From the NCBI GenBank assembly GCA_964035545.1, contig OZ037767.1, positions 19,856,628 through 19,920,627 on the forward strand: a stretch of 64,000 nt of DNA. The letters run 5' to 3'. This DNA is from Bugula neritina. Its lineage: Eukaryota; Animalia; Bryozoa. Within the stretch, counting starts at the first letter, position 1; each line of letters begins with the position of its first letter. Positions 24,708 to 38,564 of this stretch are shown in pieces. Made by a program: the position numbers and the translations under genes. The notes below the pieces were generated by a model. That model did no database searches and was not told where the DNA came from. It saw only the letters and a list, made by a program, of their open reading frames with translations.

Positions 24708-27700
24708 ATGTCAAGTTACAGAAGGTATGATGACCCTGTCCAGATATCTGAATATGTTGTCAGCAGACCTAGATACCCCCAAAAAGTGTTTGACATGATC
24801 CTGGAGTACACTAGACAGCGGGTTTGTGTTGAAGTTCTCACCATTTGCTACTTTAGTGAGGACATAAGAACTCTTTATAGATCTTCCAGTCAATATTGGT
24901 TACTTAGTCACATTGTATGATACTTGCTTTATTAATACAACTTAAGCATTAATATAGAAGCATAATCAGAAAATAACCCACAGCAGCAGTTTTTATTTGT
25001 TCTTCTAACTAAATAAAATTGATTGGGTAAAATATGGATTTGCAAATTTGACCAGTTTGACCAAAAATTGAACAACTAGCGCATTAAATAACTAGAAAGT
25101 GAGTGTCTTATTTATATTTCAACATGTTGCGACGGTGTGTTGGTTGCAATCATCCAACCTCATTTCACAAAATTACTATACCAATTAGAGTATAACATGT
25201 TTCACATTACATATGAAAATTAATAATATTTATAATAGCAAACAAATGCTATATAAAATAGCCATATATTTCATATTAACTAATTGGCATAATATATTAT
25301 ATTGAGCGGTTACTAATACTGGCGGTGTATAATATACTAGGTGGTGTAGTCCTGCTTTTCTCTTTGTTGAATACTTCTTGCACAACGCATAAAATTTCAT
25401 ATTCATATATTGATTTCCTTATGCATAGGCAATACCTTCTAAATCTGGAAAGTTCCCCTTAGCGGTTGATGTGGGTTGTGGGCCTGGCTTGATGTCTACC
25501 TCATTTCTGGCACCTCACTTTGATAAAGTTCTCGGAATAGACATCAGTGAAGCTCAAATTGCTCAAGCTAATGTTAACAAAGAATATGACAACATAGAAT
25601 ACAAGTAAATAACAATTACTGGAAAAAGTATTAGCTTTTTATTACTCATAATGATAAATTATATATAACTACATAATATAGTTCATGCATGCTCAACTAA
25701 ATGAGTAAAGCCTGTATTATATACTCTGATGCAACATACTTGTATTTAGTTTCTTTACTGAATTCTAGCACCACATATTTACAAAATGTCATATCTTTTT
25801 ATGCACGTTTTCATTTACTATCAGTTGTATATAATAATTCAACCAATGTGTCTAGTGAAAAAATGTATAGCCGCATTTATATGTATCAGCAACTGCTACA
25901 GAACATTGTGAAGTAGGTTATGTTATGATGTCATAGAGTTGCATGCGCCGAGAGCATGCCGGTGGAAGATAACTCCGTTACACTGGTTCAGGTGGCCACG
26001 GCACTGCATTGGTTAGATCATGAGAAGTTCTACAGAGAATGTGACAGAGTTCTGATTGCGGGAGGAGTTATCGCTGCTTTCTCTCATTACCCAGACATAC
26101 AAGTTATAGACCATCCTAACAAGGATCACCTTACGAGAATCCTCAGAGAGGTGAGGGGTGATCCAATCACCCTTACTAAAACTTGAATCTGCAATTATAG
26201 CACACCTGTTCTTTAGCATTTAGTAGTCAAGTAAAAGCAGATGTTAGTCAAGCTAAAATAATTCATTCCACATTAAATATTTTTAGTGAAAACTTTATTG
26301 GTTTAAATGTGCAACATCTTTGGAGTGAAAATTTTTGAGATTGTTTCTTTGGTTTGAGACTTTGGCAAATGACTAGCAAGTTCTAAGAATTGCCACATTA
26401 TGTAGTAGTTGAGAGTTTTTGATTTAACTTTTCAAATTATGCATTGAAAAGTAATAAGGTTAAAGCAGTTGAAGGCTGGCTAAGAAGTGAAGCTATGGTT
26501 TTGTGCAATCAAATATTACAGCGTGCTTATGCAAAGTTTTACATGTAAAATGCAAATTTTAAAGGGAAATAATATGGCCCGGGGAATTAACTGCATCAGT
26601 ATGAACACAACACAACTTTTCCTTATAATAGCATTGTACATTGCCATCTTATAAAATTGTCTTGTTTATATTCTATATCTTTGTTTTTTTCAAGTGTAGG
26701 CGAAATTAATGGGGTTTTTTCAAACTACTATTTATTATACTGTTATTAACATCAGAGCTCTCACTTTTAGATACGAGTGAAGATAACTTCTAATGAGAAT
26801 CCAGAGTATCTCCTCCCTAATAAGTATGCAGCTGAACACTACAAAGATCCTTGCCTTCAAATACCTTATCCAGACACACAGAGGTAAGATAACTCTATAA
26901 TGTTTGGTTTAATAATCTGACAACTCCAAGCTCTGCTATAAACTGTAAAATCGAATGATTTTGAATTAAATCTTCAACTCATGTCAAAGGTTACAATATT
27001 TAAAAAGGATTCATGTATTTGTGAAAATAAAAATTTTGTAATGTAGAAAAAAATTTCAACAACTTTATAAAAAGGTTTCTCATTGTTTTTCTTGGTCTTG
27101 GAAGTTTTAGTGAAGATTTTTCTTCAATAACTATTAGAAATATATTCAGTCATGAAGAACCTTTATACCTGCTGCATTTCTACCTACTGACTGCTAGGTT
27201 TAGCAGCCGTGAAGATTAGTGAAAAAACCTCCTTGGAATAAATTCAACTCATTTTTTATGATTACTTCTTTTAACAACACATCTAATACATACAATAAGC
27301 ATCAAATTACCACAATTGTATTTGCAGTTTGCACCATAAGTTTATCATCTTTATGGCTGCAAAATCATGGCTACAGAAATAGTGTATTCAATTGATGGAA
27401 ATATACCATACTCTCAAATGTTCAAGTGTTTGACTTTTAACATGCTTTATAGGTATGATGATATATTTTTTCCATTCCACACTACAATAGCTGGTATTCA
27501 CAGATACTACATGACAATAACCTGTGTCAGAAAGTTTATAAATAGCAACGAAGAAAGAAAAGGATGGTGGAACGATATATTTGACAGGTCCGTGGGTAAC
27601 TCTGTTTTAAGCTACGACCAGCTCAACTTGACAGGTCACATTGTGTTACAGCTGTGTTACTTAATATGTTTTGATATGATGGCATTGTAGGATAATGGAG

Positions 27701-27784
27701 GCGTACGGGACAGACAACTCCGAATCACCTTTAACTATTACCTTCAAGGCATTTCTTTTAATGGGAAGAAAACCAACACAGTAA
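24708..27784 (+). CDS. Class I SAM-dependent methyltransferase, copy 2, 6 coding exons, intact
   Basis: Exons ~24708-24821, 25429-25604, 25938-26150, 26771-26883, 27453-27587, 27691-27784. Motif I LAVDVGCGPG and ALHWLD present; frame continuous across GT-AG junctions. Confidence 0.9.
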
Positions 27785-29076
27785 TTTAATTAATACAAAT
27801 ATAAAAATTAATGAAAATAATATTATAATGACTTTTTATTAATAAACAGAAATTATTTGGAATCTTAGTAGAATTATGTTTTAAAGTTTATTAATTTATT
27901 TTGAATTAAAATAATAAAATGGCAGCCACCAAAGGCTGTCATCTTATTGGCTAAAGTATACACTTTTCAAGCTTGTTGCAGTCTGCCTAAAACACATTAT
28001 ATACTTTTACTAGCATAACTGCCTAACCCATCAGCGGAGAGAGTAGATTTTGACAGTTGTATATTATTTTATGATACTAATTTTCAGATTTAAAAAATGA
28101 TTTTATACAATTAGAATAATATCATTTAGTAAGAAAGTTTGACAAACTGGACTTATAATTAAGCTGGTTCTGTACTCAAATCGTTTAGCAGTATATGCTT
28201 CTGGGACTATCAGTCATGTAGACGTGTAGAGTAGTGACAGTTTCATTCAGGCAAAGTGGTGGCTCTTTCATAAATTTCTAAAATATGAATTAATTGTACA
28301 AACATACATGTACAAATCAATCAACTCAAACTATATTAAACCAAACTGCTATACCAATCATATTTTAAATAAATATTCTATAATTTGAACAAAACTTGTT
28401 CAAGTTACTAAAAATAATATATCAAAGGAATACGAATGTTGATTTTTTAAGCAATCCGAATGCTAGGTTTAAACACACGTTGGAGTTGTGTTTTCCGTGA
28501 AGCTAATGCATTCCAGAGTAAGTAAAAGTAATGTCTATTGGTGAAAAATCAGAGTTGAAAATTTAAGAATGAATGCAAATATAATTATATAGTCTGTTTA
28601 AATTGGAGCCAATACTCTAATATCTGGAACACTTTGAATTGTGTCGAGTTGATCATTATTATATATTTTTATTTAATCAGCACAGAAAATTGGCTAGAGT
28701 TTTGAACAGTAATTTTGTCTGATGCCAACATTCTCCCACTTAAGTTCCAAATAGAGCAGGTTTGTATCTTCTCATGCATGACACCTACAGCTTTAACTAG
28801 AAACATGGCCATAGGGTGTTCATAGGCTCATTAGCTTAGGAATTGACTGCATACTAAACAAAACATGTATATCCTATGGTCTCCCTATAAACACTTTAAT
28901 TTCTACTACACTAGAAAGTATCAAGTAATTCAGATGAGATGTTTGGTGTTGTAGTCTTGGTTATTGTTACATTATAAAATATTATTTCTCTATGCAACTA
29001 TATGCACGACTCATTTAAATTTCAGTATATAGTTGTTGAGTCTCTGTTAGATAAAGTGATAAGTTGGGGTGCTTAC

Positions 29077-32031
29077 GCTGAACACCCATGGTGTTGGGTG
29101 CTCCCATCTGTAGCTATCTTGGAAGTTAGGGTTGAAGGACCAGCCAAATGCCACCAGCTCCTTCTCATCGTATAGCAAAAATACAGGGAATACTTCATCA
29201 CAGGCCATGTCTCTAGTCAGGTTGTACCAGTAATGCATACCTACAGGATATAAGCCTCAGTCGAATATAATACACATAATAATATTATTATTTGTAACGT
29301 TATCATCATATAAAAAAGAAAACTGTCAGCTAAAGCTGTGTATAGCTGTTACTAGCTATTTGAAAGTTGGTGTTGTTAGGATGCAGGTTTGCCACAAAAG
29401 TATACTTGCACTTTGACCTTTAAACACAGCAGTGGAACTTTAATTGAATAATGGAAAACATTAGAGTTTGAAGGAAGGAAAACGCTTGGCATACACAGCT
29501 AAGAGGTTAATCTAATAATGAAATTTTTCCCAGCCCAGGTTTTGTTCACCTTTCACCACCATGTCCTGATCAGGTGGCAGGTTTTGTAGCAAGAGATTTA
29601 AAGGCTTCTTGAGTAAATCTTTATTGAGTAATTAGAAACAAATTAATATGAAGTTTTGTAACTTATTACAACAAACTCTCAGGTCACATTGCATCTCAAT
29701 AGAGTTCACTTTAGACACTGCCCGTATCGCTGTAAGCTGTGCCTACTGAGAACACAGTACAGATATACACTGGATAGGCACATCGTGTTTTAATTCTTGA
29801 TTCATGCCATTTTCATTCAGAATATGCAATGTTAATGACGTACCCATCCAAAAGAAGCATTTTCCTTCAACAAATGCTGTTTGAGAGGTAACTTGACTCT
29901 CCCTCAAAGGAATCCTCATTAGATGTGAAGAATTCAGGCCATTCTGTATAGCCAATAGCGTGCCAGTGCCTTGACTATCAAACTGTGATTGGTTACGGCC
30001 AGTTGTACAAATAGTTGCTATAGAAATGTAAACATAAATGTGGGGGGGTATTTTGAATTTATTTTCAGGGTTGGTACATAGTAGCCATTGGTTTAACATA
30101 CACTACGTTCCCACGCTTTAGATGGATTCACACAGGATGCTCATACGATAGATTTGTGATTACGGATTCTTTAATATATGGTTAAGATTTCATACGAATT
30201 GTCACTGTCCCCATGCATCGAATGAAAAATTCATTCTGCTAAGCATTGGGACAGAGCGAAAGTTAAAATAAATAAAATATAAGACTAGCTGGGAAATTCT
30301 AGTAAACTTATTGCATCAAGACATTCCCTTTCATAACTTGTGAGTTGAAAAGAGTACATGACTTCAAATGTTTGGTCCGTTTCCTTGCTATATATGGCAT
30401 AGAGAATATGTTTGTTGAATAAAACACTTACCAGGTTCAACAAAGTAGATTGTAATGACCCACTTGTCTACCTCCTCCAGGAAGGTGTGATATTTCTCAT
30501 TTTGTTTTCTCGGGTAGTCCGTAGTTTTGGGTATCTGCAAGGGGAGCAATTACAACAAGAAATAAGTTTATAAAGTGACCTTTGAGTTAGCGTAAGAACC
30601 AAATCTCACATGGGTATATTTTATGACTGCGTCACTTACTCCAGCCTGAATTCCAGCTATAAACCCATTTTTATCCAACAAGATCATAATTGCCGTATCA
30701 CCATTTAGCATGTATCGGTTTCCACTAAACATTGTCCCTTCAACATCACCTACAATATACAAGTCTATTTTCATGTCAAGGTCACTTCAACCAAACCTTT
30801 TCTTGAGAATACTTAGTTTCAGTTTGATCTAATGTCAATTAGGCATTATTTTATAAAACTGTGACCTTGAAATTACACTATATGTTGGAATTTACTATTA
30901 TTGTTACTACATTACTAAGTTATTACATTAAACTACATCACATATTACTAGATAATACAATGTTAAAGTAGTGTATACGTTTACATCATTATATTATTAT
31001 TCTATATTACATTTTTGTAATACTACTATATTACTATACTACTCTGTATGTAACCACATACATCGTGAAAAACTATTCAATTGATTTATGATTGCGCTTA
31101 TGAATTCAGTAAAATGTTGGTAACACAAATAACAAGGTTTGCCATTAATAAAGTAAATACTGAAACCTTATAAAGTGTCAGACTCAGAATGGCGGCCAAC
31201 ATTTTAGTGTCTAAAGAGAAGATTTAGTCATTTTTTGCAGGTGTGCAAAGCAAAAAACTGCAAACAAGAATTTTATGAGATGCTCTCATAACGCAAAAAG
31301 ACAGGAAGCTTTTTAATAACAAAGTGACAGTATAACCTGAAAAAAATTGTTTGAGGAGTTTTAAAAGGTTGATGATGCAATTCAGAACTCACATCCGACG
31401 TGAGTATCCTGAACCCAGCCAGCCTCCTCCATCTCCCCCTGCGTCCTCGGCAGGTATTCAAATGCAGTGAAGGGGTTAAACGAGAAACCAGCTGCAAAAC
31501 AATCTCATAAAATAACTTTACGTTAGTACATGAAATGCAGTAGTATTTTCTCTCGTGTTGCCCTCTTGTTTTATCATACCATCTCTAAAAACTGAGGAGA
31601 GACTCTAACTAGAAGTGTAGACTGGTAAAGATTTGATGTCTCATAGAATAGGTACAATAAATTTAACTTCGTTTTATTGGCTCTCTGCTCTGCAATAGTA
31701 TGTGTTGGTCAAAATAGTTGGCTGAAAATCTTTAAATAATTTTTAATAGCTGAATATCAACATGATGAAAACAGATTGTATGCATACTGAGCTCTATTGT
31801 GTTTGTCTTGCTTATCTAATAGCAGTGGAGAAACAACAGGTCAAACTCCAAACACAATAATAATAATATTTTACTTTAGCCCAGTAATAGGACAGTTTAA
31901 TGGTATAACAACATAAGTGAGAGTGAAGTAGACTAACCTCTGAGCCCTGTCCAGGTTGGTGGATCTGTAAACGCACAGAGAATACTAATCATAGATATCA
32001 ACAGCAACAAATGAGACGATAGCTGATCCAT
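29077..32031 (-). CDS. Uncharacterised secreted invertebrate protein; 3' end not resolved
   Basis: Signal-peptide-like exon 31938-32031 (MDQLSSHLLLLISMISILCAF...WTGLR). In-frame exons 30640-30749 (NGFIAGIQAG), 30432-30534 (ITIYFVEP), 29844-30018 (ICTTGR...GKCFFWMG), 29077-29240 (MHYWYN...PVFLLY...FGW...WEHP). All junction phases are compatible. Confidence 0.75.
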
Positions 32032-32351
32032 TTATAATGTTTACACTTTTACAACTTTTGTGGGTTTGAAAAGACGTGATAGCTTCGCATCAGCTGTCAA
32101 TTTCAAATAATTATGTAATTGCTATATAAGGGTAATGTTAAAAATATGAGCATTGATCAGAAACTGGAGTATTAAATACAATATATTTGAAGAAAAGTAA
32201 ATATAAACTACTTAACACGTTTCTGTTTCACTATAGCCAATCATGTGTGCAACTTCTACTTTAATTTTCAGAAGTCGAATACCCAATAAGGCTGGCGAAC
32301 ATAATATTTTGGTACATATGTATATGAATATATGCAATACACTTTCCTGGC

Positions 32352-32820
32352 CTACTCTGTATATACTCTAACATACTTACTATACTCTGTATATACTCTA
32401 ACATACTTACTATACTCTATATACTCTAACATACTTACTATACTCTGCATATACTCTAACATACTTACTATACTCTGTATACTCTAACAGTAACATACTT
32501 ACTATACTTTGTAAACTCTAACATACTTACTATACTCTATATACTCTAACATACTTACTATACTCTGTATATACTCTAACATACTTACTATACTTTGTAA
32601 ACTCTAACATACTTACTATACTCTATAGACTCTAACATACTTACTATACTCTGTATACTCTAACATACTTACTATACTCTATATACTCTAACATACTTAC
32701 TATACTCTATAGACTCTAACATACTTACTATACTCTGTATACTCTAACATACTTACTATACCCTATATACTCTAACATACTTATTATAGCCTACTCTGTA
32801 TACTCTAAAATACTTACTTG
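32352..32820. repeat. 28-30-bp minisatellite (TACTCTAACATACTTACTATACTCTGTA)n
   Basis: About 16 visible units. Confidence 0.95.
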
Positions 32821-33185
32821 ACCATGTTTGGTGAACTCCAAGGTAAACTATACACAGTAAGAGCTTATTATAAGAATTTGACTCCATGATGACTCTATGA
32901 GAGAACAACAAGCACTGATGCCTAAAACCACATTAAATCCTTACAGCCTCACTTTGGATATAAAGTCAAAATAAGGTTAATTGTTGAACTGTAAACTCTC
33001 TACTAAGCATCAGCAATCATGAGTGTGGTGCAATAGTGCAGTCACACCAGCTTTATAAAATGTTTTTATCATCATTCCCTTGCATGTGCTGTTTAATATC
33101 AACAAGTCTAACCCCTCATTCACACTTACAGCAACATATAGCAAAAATAACAGCAAATATCAGTGCTTTTTACAAATTTCTGAAC

Positions 33186-33415
33186 TTCCTGTACGGATTT
33201 GCGGTACAGTAGGATCAAGCACTGCTCAAATAAATTGCAGCAGGCTCCTATTGGAAAGAGAAACTTTTGCGTCAACTCATTGGATATAATTGTCCAATGA
33301 AATGTCATAGATCGTATCTAATAGCGGACTTTGAAAACTTCAGCCCGGACACATTAAAAATGGCTGACATTTTACGTTACAGCATACGTTACGGTAAGTG
33401 TGAAGGAGAGGTAAC
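33186..33415 (+). mobile_element. Headless copy of SINE family 1
   Basis: Aligns with the reverse complement of 8690-8940 (GTCAACTCATTGGATATAA...AACTTCAGCCC...AAAAATGGCTGACATTTTACG). Confidence 0.7.
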
Positions 33416-35540
33416 TCTCTCAGGGGACGCAGCTCTAATATGAACAATATATATTATATAGCAGCTCGAGCTTGTCGCACATTCACCAGTTTTATCATCA
33501 CGCTATTATGTCGAGCTTGCGAACTGAGTCGCGCTCACCTGAAAGTTCAGCATTGCAAACTCGAAAACAGTCTCAATCTGGAAAATTTCAACCATTTAGT
33601 AGCAGCAAAAGTTCTTTGAATTAAGTTCTGCGAGTGTCTTCATGAATTTAGAATTTGCTTGATTAAAAATTTCAGGAGAGCATAACTTCTTTTGTTATAT
33701 TTCTTATTTAGAACACCTCTTCCCCCTAATTCGACAACATTGCACCTACAGATGTTTTTGTGTCAATTTATTACAAGCATCTATTGTCCAGTTAAAAAGA
33801 TTGTGAGTCCCTGAATTTTGATTGGGTGATGGTTAAATTTTGCTACATTAGGTTGCTACATGTCTGAAAAAACTCCATAAAACTTGTTACAACATAATAA
33901 TAAAATAGGAGCAGGCTGAGCTTTAGGTTCTTTAGGAACTCCTCAACCCAGACAAAACCTTAACCAATCACGGTAGAAGAGTTTCATCCTTTCAACACTT
34001 TTTTCTACATCCTCTATAATTACTATAAGCATTTCTAATGCCATTTTAATAAGTGCATTCAAAGTTCTAGAAGTGAATAGGCTACAATAATGGAGGAATC
34101 AGGAAACGCCTGCGTTCCTAATGAGAAATACCCCACAAGAAGTTATGTTCTCATTAGAAATTCAACCTGCTCCTTCCAACCAAAAATTGGTGAAAAGTTA
34201 ACAACTTCAAACTATTGTCTGTTATTGCACCTAAATGCTCCCCTTTTGCATCTTGGCAAAAAAAAACTAATTCTTTAACTACTCTAGCCATCAAGTTCTC
34301 CATAATTTCTGTCACAACTTGAAGGTAACCTGTTCTCTTGACTAGGCATTCTGCAGCTGTGACATGCAGTTAACGGAACTGTTCTGGTGAATTCTAGACT
34401 TTCTAATTTCAAACACTAGCTATAGAAAATATAATCCAAGACAAGTTATTTGTTCTAGTTATAGAAAACTTAGATATGAGCAACACGACTTGGTGATATC
34501 GAAACTACAAGCTAGTATCAACTTAGACTGTTTGATAAAAAAAGCAAAATTAGAAATAATAATATATACTTTGTACTGACACTCAATCTGGACCCTGGAG
34601 TTGACTTTGAACTGCTTAGGCAGGTCATTCACCTTGTTTATTACAGTGGATGTAGTAGAGTACAGTCGATGCCGGTGTAAATTTGTACTAAAATTGAATA
34701 TCTGTTGAGTGACTCGGCAACTGAGCTGAGATTTTATAACAGCGGCCCGGGTTCAAGGGCCTAGGCCCGCGTTCAAGGGCCTAGGCAGTGCTACAGCAGA
34801 CGACCACATCCATTTGATCAGACACGCCCTTATTAACCTGACTGCTGAGGTTACGTGCCTGGATGAAAATTCTGCGCTGTTCTGTAAGCAGCTCCAGTTG
34901 GAGGTGAATGAGCGTTTAGAGTGGAGACGTAGGTTGGAACCCCCAACTTGTGAGAACCTCAAACTACTGTACTTCTTCACCCCCAACTCGGAGGTGCTTA
35001 CAGTACAATTGGTTGGGTATTCAAAGCAAGATACTTTTATTTTATGGGTAGACAACTTCTAATGTCATAAATATTCTTTAAAAGTCCACCTGTATTAAAG
35101 GCTGCTTCCACCTATTTGCTAAGTGGAGCTAGTGGTTATTTGGCCAGGTTTAAGCTTAGAAATGACATAATTATAACCAATGCAGTGTCTGCCCACTTTA
35201 ATAAGAATTTGGTAACTTAAGCAAGAAAGGTTTTAAATTTTAATTCCTATTGCCAGTTTTCTTGTTGTAATATAAAATACAGTCAAGTTTGCATATTTCA
35301 TAGACATATTTTATTTTTATGCAGAGTAATAAAATAAAAAAACTTAAAATGTGACAGTGCTTATAGAAACAGATATAGATATTAAGAGTGACAGAGTAAA
35401 CAGAGATTGGTAATCACAATTATTCAATGTATGTATCACAGCATAAGCTAAGTCAAAGATGCATATAAATGTGGTTGAAAGTGTGGGGCTGTTGTTTCAC
35501 ATTTCAGAGCGATTGTCTACTTATAGATATCAAAGCTTCA

Positions 35541-35996
35541 AGTCGCGTTTATACCTTCATGATTTTCAGTTAGAAATTCAATTTGGTCGAGTTGAAATTT
35601 CACCGAGTTGCATTGCATTGTAAAAGTCACTCGTCAAAATTGTTGCATTGTGATTACTTAATTGGCGGATTTCAGAATAATAATCAATAGGAATGATAAT
35701 TCCTTGTAAACATCGACATTCAATTATGACTTTGGTGACTAGATGACATACTTAAAAAATGTTAAACAAAGCTTCAGCGATTCAAGAACGAGCTTCATGT
35801 TTATATCGGCTTTTATGCTGCCCACTCAACTAATTCATTGGGTTTTCAAAGGGCATCAAATAGCGAGTCATACTTCACTATTAGAAAGTGAGTTCAATAT
35901 GGTTTCAATGAGTTTCAGTTTGACTACAAAGGAGCACTACGGTGAGTGTTATTAACTGAAACTCGGAGCATTTTCAGCAGAGGTATAAACGCAACT
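35541..35996. mobile_element. PIF/Harbinger-like MITE
   Basis: TIR AGTCGCGTTTATACCT / AGGTATAAACGCAACT; flanks TCA/TTA resemble a 3-bp TWA TSD. Confidence 0.6.
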
Positions 35997-36372
35997 TTAG
36001 AGTTTGCGCACTGATCTAGTTAAGTTGATATGAAAAATCCAATAAATAAATAACAAAATATTACAAGAGTATCTCATGGAAACACTAAAAAAGTAAAGAA
36101 ACTTATTGGAAATGAAAGTAATTGTTAGAACTTGGTTAGCTGTTTCATTTTGTTAGCTGTTAAAAACATTTCCAAGAATATAGCAAGCAGACTGAAAAAG
36201 GCAGGGAATATAAATAAGTTAGTGAAATAAACTCCTGTCAGTGAATGATGTGTCCCCAGACCTACAGTGAAAGAAGATGATAGGAGGAAGAGTTGCAACA
36301 GCTGCTGTTGTTGAGTAACAGTGTGGTGACACAACGCCCGTCTTTCAGTAAATATACATAGTAAGTCAGCAG

Positions 36373-38533
36373 CTATTTGTTCATCATCCCACTCAACATG
36401 TCAATAGGCAGCGGGAATATGATGGTGGAGTTCTTCTCGGCAGCCACGTTGTTGAGTGTCTGCAGGTACCTGAGTTGGAGGGCAGTACCAGAGGTGCTCA
36501 TCACATCGGCAGCTTCCTTCAGAGCTTTAGATGCTCTCTGCTCTCCCTCGGCAGCAATTACCTACATATAATATATAGGTCACATAGAATATAGGTCACG
36601 TAGTATATAGGTCATATAGTATATAGGTCACATGGAATATAGGTAACATATAATATAGGGCACATGCCATATAGAATATAAGTCATATAGTATATAGGTC
36701 AAATATAAAATAGGTCACATAGAATATAGGTCACATAGCAGATAGGTCATATAGTATATAGGTCACATAAAATATAGGCCATATATAATATATAGGTCAC
36801 ATATAATATAGGTCACATGGCAAATAGGTCATATGGTATATAGGTGACATTGCATATAGGTCACATACACGGGCTTTCCATGTACCGATCTCAGATCGAT
36901 CTCAGCGAGATCGATCTGAGCAACGTGCTCAGATCGATCATTTTTCCATGAGAGTGTCAGATCGATCTCTCGGAGTTGCCTCCTCTTAGGTGAAGACTAC
37001 TTTATTAGTATATTTTTTTCACCCACCTAAGTGATAAAAGCTACTGCTGTTGAAAAACAAAATTTTCATAGTCTAAAATTTAACGTCAGCTATAAACTCT
37101 ACACAGCAAAGCTTTTAATATGAAGTAATTTGGCCAATTTAAGATAATTGATTTTAATATTTTAGCTTGACAGCTTATATAAAATTTATAGCTGTTGTGC
37201 AGCTTATTTATAAAATTACGGGATTATTAGGCTTAAGATTACGCAGCAAACAACTAATGGCAGTGCGTTATACTAGTCGTTTAAATTCAATTTAAATGCT
37301 CTCACTTTTTGTATCTTCCACCGTCTATAATTTTACATAATTAAGTTTTCTTGATCATTTTACTAAAATTCAAAGTTTTGTCATTTGAAAAAATGGCTAT
37401 CTTAATTATTAAGTACTTTGCTTAGTAATTAACAATAAGTTATCATTTTCATTAGCAGACAACATTTTAGCGAGCGGTCATTTTTCTACTTCTCGGATCG
37501 ATCTTTCGTCTTTCCATGGTCTTATTGCCTTGAGATCGATCTGAGTTTGAGCTCTACAGACCGACCAGCTCAGAACGACTGAGATCGATCTTTGGCGTTT
37601 TTCCATGGATCGATCTCCCTGAGATCGATCTGAGATCGGTACATGGAAAGCCGGTGATATAATATAGGTCACATAGCAGATAGGTCACATACTAGCATAT
37701 AGGTCGCATAGCATATAGGTCATATAGTATATAGGTCATATAGTATATAGGTCACATGACATATAAGGTCTACATTGAGAGCTAATCAAGTAAGTTGCAC
37801 ATTTTTAAAAATATATTTCATAGCTTTTACTAGGAATAACACTCCAGGTAAAACTTAAAACACACATGGAACATGTTGGGAACAGTTTTGCTATAGTTAC
37901 ACCTTTAGAAATAAACAGTGTAGGCATCACAAACCCCAAACCCCACACAGTTTAACAACCCAAGTTCTCTCTTAGACTTAACCAAAGTTCTGTCTCACCT
38001 TAGCCTTAGCTTCTCTTGAAGCCTCAGCTTCTGCGGCCATAGCCCTCTGAAGTTGGACTGGCAAGCGAACGTCCTTCAACTCTACCCTCTCAACCTAAAG
38101 TATTAGAATGAGCGGTTGGAGTTGTCTATCTTGTGGATATATTAGAGTACAAATTTACTGCAACATAACTGCAAGGCTTTTACATACCAAAATTATTGAG
38201 CCAGCAAAATGAACTCAAGAGCCAACAATTTACGGAGTTAGAAGCTATCAATGTGCAAGTTTGTTTCACAGAAAGTAAAATCCCTGTACTCATTTGCACC
38301 TCCGTAAGTCAATCTTCAGTCTACTTTATAAACTATAATAACTTCATACAAATTCACTTTGAGAATCAAATGGAACTTTAGTAACTACTCGGCATGGCAA
38401 ACATATCTGACCACTTCAGAATTGTCCATTCACGAAAATCACATTTCCTTGAAAAAATTTTTGCTCAAGGTCTGAGATGACAAGACATGTCTAACTATTC
38501 TCTTTTGAAAACATAAAATTTCAGAAAATGCTT

Positions 38534-38564
<31 letters not shown>

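Noticed and set aside
31190-31479. Possible piggyBac-like element (TTAACCCCTT end)
   Set aside because: Single end only and no transposase; not supportable as a feature.
32352-32820. CRISPR-like appearance of regular repeats (also 53990-54420)
   Set aside because: Contiguous tandem units with no unique spacers, no cas genes, and a eukaryotic context.
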